Notes under the pieces: model-generated | The model's database searches: none | Told to the model about the DNA's origin: nothing | What the model saw: the letters and a program-made list of their open reading frames with translations, nothing else | Shown here: positions 58,954 to 64,000 of the stretch, piece by piece | How positions within the stretch are numbered: the first letter of the stretch is position 1 | Layout of the letters: the number at the start of each line of letters is the position of its first letter | Translations under genes and position numbers: made by a program | Assembly (NCBI GenBank): GCA_965140785.1 | Contig: OZ223521.1 | Span: 64,001 to 128,000, forward strand | DNA from: an uncultured Ruficoccus sp. | Lineage (GTDB): Bacteria; Verrucomicrobiota; Verrucomicrobiia; Opitutales; Cerasicoccaceae | Direction of reading: 5' to 3' | DNA length: 64,000 nt

Positions 58954-59793
58954 ATGAAATTTTTCAATGCCAGTAAATGGGGAGAGGCGGTCAAGCTCGG
59001 TTATTTGGCCTTTATTCTCCTGTGTGCTTTTTTCCCGCTGTACATCATGCTGGTGGTCAGCTTCAAGACTAACGAGCAGTACCTGACCAATCCCTGGTTT
59101 TTTGACGCTCTCTCGGATTGGAAGTGGGAGAACTGGGCCGGAGGCTGGCAGGCTGTGCACGGCTACATCGGCAACTCTATCTTCGTTTCCTTTCTCGGAA
59201 CGTTTATCACGCTGATCATCGTTCTGATGAGTTCATACGCCATCGCTCGTTATAATTTTCCGGGCAAGAATCTGATCTTTTACCTGATCATGGCCACGAT
59301 GTTTCTGCCTGGGACGGTTGCAGCTCTGGTTACGCTGTTCAACCTGCTCAGGCAGATGGGGCTGATCAACAATCTGTGGGCTCTGGTATTGATGGCTTCC
59401 GTCAGTGGGCAAGTTGCCGGTGTGTTCATCTTGAGGAACTTTATTGAGGAAATCCCCAAAGAGCTTTTTGAATCCGCTCAGATAGACGGTGCCGGGCACC
59501 TTCAGCAGATCCGGCATATCGTGCTGCCACTTGCAGCTCCGATTATCTCTGTGACGTGTATCATGGATTTTCTGCATTCGTGGAACAACGTCATTCTCCC
59601 ACTGCTGTTGCTGCGTGACGACGCCTTGTTGACGATCCCAGTCGGGCTCTTCCGTTTGGATGGGCAGTACGTCAAGCAATACGGCCAGCTTATGGCGGGC
59701 TACGCGATCAGTTCCATTCCTTTGTTAATCATTTTTATTTTTTCCATGAAATTTTTCGTTAAGGGCCTGTCTGCGGGCGCAGTAAAAGGCTAA
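58954..59793 (+). CDS. Carbohydrate ABC transporter permease (MalG-like)
   Basis: IPKELFESAQIDGAG; SWNN; TIPVGL; FFVKGLSAGAVKG. Confidence 0.93.
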   Translation: MKFFNASKWGEAVKLGYLAFILLCAFFPLYIMLVVSFKTNEQYLTNPWFFDALSDWKWENWAGGWQAVHGYIGNSIFVSFLGTFITLIIVLMSSYAIARYNFPGKNLIFYLIMATMFLPGTVAALVTLFNLLRQMGLINNLWALVLMASVSGQVAGVFILRNFIEEIPKELFESAQIDGAGHLQQIRHIVLPLAAPIISVTCIMDFLHSWNNVILPLLLLRDDALLTIPVGLFRLDGQYVKQYGQLMAGYAISSIPLLIIFIFSMKFFVKGLSAGAVKG

Positions 59794-59824
59794 GTACAAC
59801 CTCTTTTTCGAGGGGGAACGTAAC

Positions 59825-61129
59825 ATGAATAAAGTTGATATAAAAACAGTCACAAGATTAGGCTACCAAGGTATATGGTACGATCTAGGACAAAGCAATG
59901 AGTATGGCTCAAAGTATTCGGGGGGGTTAGCGACTTATACGGCCAAGCACCGTCCGATTGCGATATATTCGGCTGAAGCCGAGTGTACCTTCTTTGTCTA
60001 TGGGGGAACGCGTGCCACGAACGAACGGTACCTTCTGTGCATGGTCGGTGCTTACGATCACCGGCAGAAGAAGTTGCTTCCGCCTACGGTTGTGCATGAC
60101 AAAGAGGGGGTAGACGATCCGCATGACAACAGCTCGATAGCTATCGATGAGAAGGGCTTCCTATGGATATTTGTGTCGGGGCGTGGAAGTGGACGACCGG
60201 GATTTATCTACCGTTCGAATGTCCCGTACTCGATTGAGTCGTTTCAGGTCGTAGACTCCTCGGAGTTTACGTATCCTCAGCCCTGGTGGATAGCGGGCAA
60301 GGGGTTCTTTCATTTCTTTACGCAGTACACGGGGCTGCGTGAGCTGTACTTCAATACCAGTGCGGATGGCTACGAGTGGGGGGAGGTGCGCAAGCTGGCA
60401 GGAATCGGCGGGCACTACCAGCTCAGTGAAGTTCGTGGAGACAGGTTGGTCACGGCTTTTAACCGGCACCCGGGCGGTGACTGCGACATGAGGACTGACT
60501 TGTACTACGTGGAAACTCGCGATATGGGTGAGTCTTGGCAGACCATTGATGGCCACGAGGTCCATATCCCCATTTGCACAGAGGAGCATCCGACACGTAT
60601 TCGGAACTATCAGGTGGAAGGCAAATTGGTTTATGTGAAGGACCTGAACTTTGATCATAAGGGTAACCCGATTATCCTTGTGGTCACGAGTAGGCATTGC
60701 CACGCCGGTCCGGCGGGCAATCCCCGTGAGTGGGAAATCGTGCATTGGAATGGTCGGGAGTGGAAGTTTCAGGTCGTGACGTCATCCTCCCACAACTATG
60801 ATACCGGGTCGATTTATGTGGAGGGTGAAACCTGGCGTTTAATTGCACCGACCGAACCCGGTCCCCAGCGTTGGGGACAGGGTGGGGAAGTCGCAGTCTG
60901 GGAGAGTCCTTATCCAGGTAACCAGTGGAAAAAGGTCTGTGATATCACCCATGAAAGTCCGCGTAATCATTCCTATGTTCGACGCCCGGTAAATGCCCAC
61001 GATGATTTTTACGCGTTTTGGTGTGATGGACACTCGGACACGCTCAGCGACGCTAAGCTCTACTATACCCGCCGCCCCGACTATGCCCCGGTATCCATGC
61101 CGATGAGCCTGGATGACCTGATTGAATAA
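59825..61129 (+). CDS. BNR-4 repeat-containing beta-propeller protein
   Basis: KYSGGLATYTAKH; DPHDN; FVSGRG; TYPQPW; Asp-box-like TSADGYEW and TRDMGESW; HNYDTG; NHSYVRRP. Confidence 0.8.
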   Translation: MNKVDIKTVTRLGYQGIWYDLGQSNEYGSKYSGGLATYTAKHRPIAIYSAEAECTFFVYGGTRATNERYLLCMVGAYDHRQKKLLPPTVVHDKEGVDDPHDNSSIAIDEKGFLWIFVSGRGSGRPGFIYRSNVPYSIESFQVVDSSEFTYPQPWWIAGKGFFHFFTQYTGLRELYFNTSADGYEWGEVRKLAGIGGHYQLSEVRGDRLVTAFNRHPGGDCDMRTDLYYVETRDMGESWQTIDGHEVHIPICTEEHPTRIRNYQVEGKLVYVKDLNFDHKGNPIILVVTSRHCHAGPAGNPREWEIVHWNGREWKFQVVTSSSHNYDTGSIYVEGETWRLIAPTEPGPQRWGQGGEVAVWESPYPGNQWKKVCDITHESPRNHSYVRRPVNAHDDFYAFWCDGHSDTLSDAKLYYTRRPDYAPVSMPMSLDDLIE

Positions 61130-61249
61130 GCATATCGGTTTCCTGTTTCGAAGGGGCTTCGGAGTTGCGCGAACATGACAGAAGGAATACATTAAATTAT
61201 TACAAGGGATGCGATTGAAAGTCCCGGTACCCCGTTCTTTTTGCTATCA

Positions 61250-64000
61250 ATGATGCCCCCCTCTCCATTGAAAAATCCTGATACGACTTCCCCGTTTGGA
61301 GCGCATCGAGAAGGGTTTGCCCTGATCGTTTCGCTGACACTGATGGGGTTTGTCGTGCTGCTGGCATTGGGGCTTTCCCTGACGGCTCAGATCGAGCTTG
61401 CCAATACCAGGAGCATGACGCAACTGACGGAGGCTCGCGCAAACGCGATCTTCGGACTCAAGACGGCTATCGGACAACTCCAGAAGGAACTTGGGCCGGA
61501 CCAGCGGGCAACGGCTCCTGCTCTCCTCCTCAAGCAGGAGGGTAATGCTGAACAATCTTTGCTCAGTGATGACGACCCGAGAAGGTACTGGGTCGGTGTG
61601 TGGGATACGGCGAATCTGAGCTCGGTTAACGGCAATGAGAAGACCTGGATGCAGGCACCCAATGCGCTGCACGAAAGCTGGCTCATCTCCGGCATGAAGG
61701 ATGCCCTTAAAGGGAAATTGCCAGAGATCAACACTGGCTTGGGTGAGGGTGGCGAACCGGCGGATGACTCGGTTGCGATCATGGCGGGAGCCGGTTCTGT
61801 CGGAAGCGACGATGTCGATCAGTACGTATTTGCGCCCAAGGTTGATATTGAGAATAGCATGGGATGGGACGCCTCGTATGCCTACTGGGTGAGTGACGAA
61901 GCGCAAAAGGCTCCCATCGCTCTGGTGGATGAGCGCTACACGGATGCCACCACAGTCCCCGATGCCTATCATTCGCGCCTTGATCTGATGGCGCCGGAGC
62001 GTGTCGGTATTAGCAGCCTGGAGAATCTGAAGGGCTATGACCTGACCGATTCCAGCCAGGCCAGTGTCTTGGAGAAAGTCCAGAATCTTTCGGAGGCGGC
62101 ATTCTTGTCAGGCAATGATCTTCCGACCACAGCGGCCGCGTGGAAGACTACGCTGGGCGAGTATTATCACGACCTGGGCGTGGGGGCGATCAACTTGCAG
62201 ACGGATGTCCGCCATGGCGGTTTGAAGAAAGACCTAAGCCTGCTCTTTGAGCTGGATGACGATACCTTTGCTGAGACGCCCTACGGCGGCGAAGAGTCTA
62301 CTCGCTTGGATGCGCCCCCCACGGACGAGGATTATGTGGACGCCTATACCGATACGCCGGTGGCCTACCTGTTCAAGTATCCGGTGCCCGACGTGGCCGC
62401 CGATGCCTATATCCGTGGGCCGACCTGGCACTTCCTGCGCAGCTACTACCGAATCGCCAAAAGCATCTCCCATCCAGAAACGACCCCTACAGCCACCGCG
62501 CGCGCCTACCGCCCCAATACGGAGGACTTCAGTCTACATGGGAGTAGTGCGCGTGACTATGGATATGTGAGTGCCATGATTACGAGCAACTCTGGAGATG
62601 TGAGCAAAGGGAATAATTTCGTGAACACGAGTGTAAAGGGATCGGGGGGACTTTCCGATACTACTGAGGTTGTGATTTCACAACTGACCGAGCACGAGAT
62701 GGCACCGCTAGCGGTACGCCTGTACCTGATCTTTGGTTTTGTAAATGTCAACATGAACCCTGTCTGGCGTATCCAACGGGATACAGAAGGCGACCCGGTG
62801 TACCGTAATCCAAATAACTACAGGCTTCAGGATGAGGGCCCTGGTACGATCATTGCCCCAGTTATTCAACCGGTAGCTGTCGTTTGGAATCCCTACAATA
62901 CCCGGCTGAGCTTTAATGCCTACAAGATTGCTTTTAACCAACCCAATTTGAGGTTCAAAGTTTCTTGGATGGAGGGGACTGAAAGTCGTGGATACGAGGC
63001 TACGCTGAAAGATTTGATAGGCGACAGTGTTCAGGAGCGTATGTCGGATGGGACGATTTTAAACGATGACTTTAGCTATTTTGAGTTTTTGGTAGCTAAT
63101 TCACCGGACGGAAGTTCGCCTATCACGTTGGAGCCCGGCGAACAGAAAATATTCAGTGCCAACACATTTAAGCATAACGGGAACATTCTTACGCAGGGGG
63201 AGGTGTTATTCCTGGAAGAAGGCTGGCATACCGATGGGGGGATTTTGCTCCATCGTGAAGAAGGCTGTACGCGGACATTTCGCAGGGCCGGTCAGGTCGA
63301 CAATATTCCTGATGGGGCGTCTGTCAGCGTTGAAGTTCAATGGGTAAACCCTGACAGCGGTAATCCCTATGGGAAGCATGTGAAGCTGGTGAGGTTGAAT
63401 GGCATTAAGAATGCAGAGGCTGGGCTCTACGAGTATGTCCTGACGGATACATCAAGTATCGCCCAGGGAGGGAATCGGCAGACGGATGACCATGAGCTAC
63501 GATCAATTGGCGCGTCCTATTATGATTCATCCGGTGCTCAAACTGTCTTTAACAATATGAATCCAATCTCGGGCATCTCCCCGTTTGGTTCAAATGCTTA
63601 TCCCTTTTTGGCGATCGAAATCAGCCTTAGCCCTGCTAAAAGCGGATCGGCAAGCCCGATGGAAATGCTCGGGAATACCAACCCATTTGGTATCATAGGC
63701 TCGTCGCTGCAAAACGGTAAACTGACTCCAGACCGCTACCAGGTACACGTCGAGCCCCTGGGCGGCCCCGGTGATTATAGTTCATTACGCCCTCAGATCG
63801 CGCTGGATGGGACTGAGGATACTTACTTCGGTTATTCATTCTCCGCTGCTGACGGGTCCAGCCGTACGGTTATGGAGGAACTGCCGACAACACCCCTGTG
63901 GTCCTTGGGAGCTTTGCAGCATGCGAATATTTCCCGATCGTCGTCGCTGCCACGAAACGCCATCGGGAACGCTCAGTCTCCACCTTACTTTGAGGCTGAC
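61250..64000 (+). CDS. Verru_Chthon cassette protein A-like / PilX-like large prepilin-type protein, copy 3 (runs off the window edge)
   Basis: Not in the ORF track. From ATG 61250: MMPPSPLK...REG|FALIVSLTLMGFVVLL...IGQLQKELGPDQRATA...YWVGVWD...YAYWVSDEAQKA...GGLKKDLS...GPTW...LWSLGALQHANIS. The start and the final motif are in the same frame. Confidence 0.85.
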   Translation, partial: MMPPSPLKNPDTTSPFGAHREGFALIVSLTLMGFVVLLALGLSLTAQIELANTRSMTQLTEARANAIFGLKTAIGQLQKELGPDQRATAPALLLKQEGNAEQSLLSDDDPRRYWVGVWDTANLSSVNGNEKTWMQAPNALHESWLISGMKDALKGKLPEINTGLGEGGEPADDSVAIMAGAGSVGSDDVDQYVFAPKVDIENSMGWDASYAYWVSDEAQKAPIALVDERYTDATTVPDAYHSRLDLMAPERVGISSLENLKGYDLTDSSQASVLEKVQNLSEAAFLSGNDLPTTAAAWKTTLGEYYHDLGVGAINLQTDVRHGGLKKDLSLLFELDDDTFAETPYGGEESTRLDAPPTDEDYVDAYTDTPVAYLFKYPVPDVAADAYIRGPTWHFLRSYYRIAKSISHPETTPTATARAYRPNTEDFSLHGSSARDYGYVSAMITSNSGDVSKGNNFVNTSVKGSGGLSDTTEVVISQLTEHEMAPLAVRLYLIFGFVNVNMNPVWRIQRDTEGDPVYRNPNNYRLQDEGPGTIIAPVIQPVAVVWNPYNTRLSFNAYKIAFNQPNLRFKVSWMEGTESRGYEATLKDLIGDSVQERMSDGTILNDDFSYFEFLVANSPDGSSPITLEPGEQKIFSANTFKHNGNILTQGEVLFLEEGWHTDGGILLHREEGCTRTFRRAGQVDNIPDGASVSVEVQWVNPDSGNPYGKHVKLVRLNGIKNAEAGLYEYVLTDTSSIAQGGNRQTDDHELRSIGASYYDSSGAQTVFNNMNPISGISPFGSNAYPFLAIEISLSPAKSGSASPMEMLGNTNPFGIIGSSLQNGKLTPDRYQVHVEPLGGPGDYSSLRPQIALDGTEDTYFGYSFSAADGSSRTVMEELPTTPLWSLGALQHANISRSSSLPRNAIGNAQSPPYFEAD

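Noticed and set aside
1..64000. rRNA, tRNA, CRISPR arrays, intact IS or prophage, defence systems
   Set aside because: None recognisable by eye; nearly all sequence is accounted for by protein-coding genes. A covariance-model scan was not possible.

Overview
A 64-kb, gene-dense carbohydrate-utilisation region. It is most likely from a Verrucomicrobiota (Opitutia-like) genome, inferred from PEP-CTERM proteins, Verru_Chthon-cassette-A/PilX-like giant proteins and verrucomicrobial-style LacI regulators. Enzymes include trehalase-like GH37, GH130, GH2, GH30, GH3, GH43, GH78, two lyase-like proteins and two unassigned clan GH-A-like secreted proteins. Transporters are an SSS symporter and an ABC binding protein with two permeases. 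There are four regulators and two PEP-CTERM proteins. No SusC/SusD-type or TonB-dependent receptor gene is recognisable. Instead, three separate sugar operons each carry a large PilX-like prepilin-type protein at their distal end. A divergently transcribed operon encodes TPR-TPR-ExbB-ExbD-ExbD plus a TonB-like protein with a PA14-like domain, and shares an operator-like motif with the sugar genes. Together these are a candidate pilin/ExbBD-based glycan capture and uptake system. A mosaic patch at 23.7-29.9 kb holds a glycyl radical enzyme with an unusual Cys loop, its activase, a PhyH-type dioxygenase, an AT-rich inserted phosphatase and several gene remnants. Five single-base frameshifts in short G/C runs within the first 21 kb are most likely sequencing errors. 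All calls come from reading the sequence by eye; no database searches were run.
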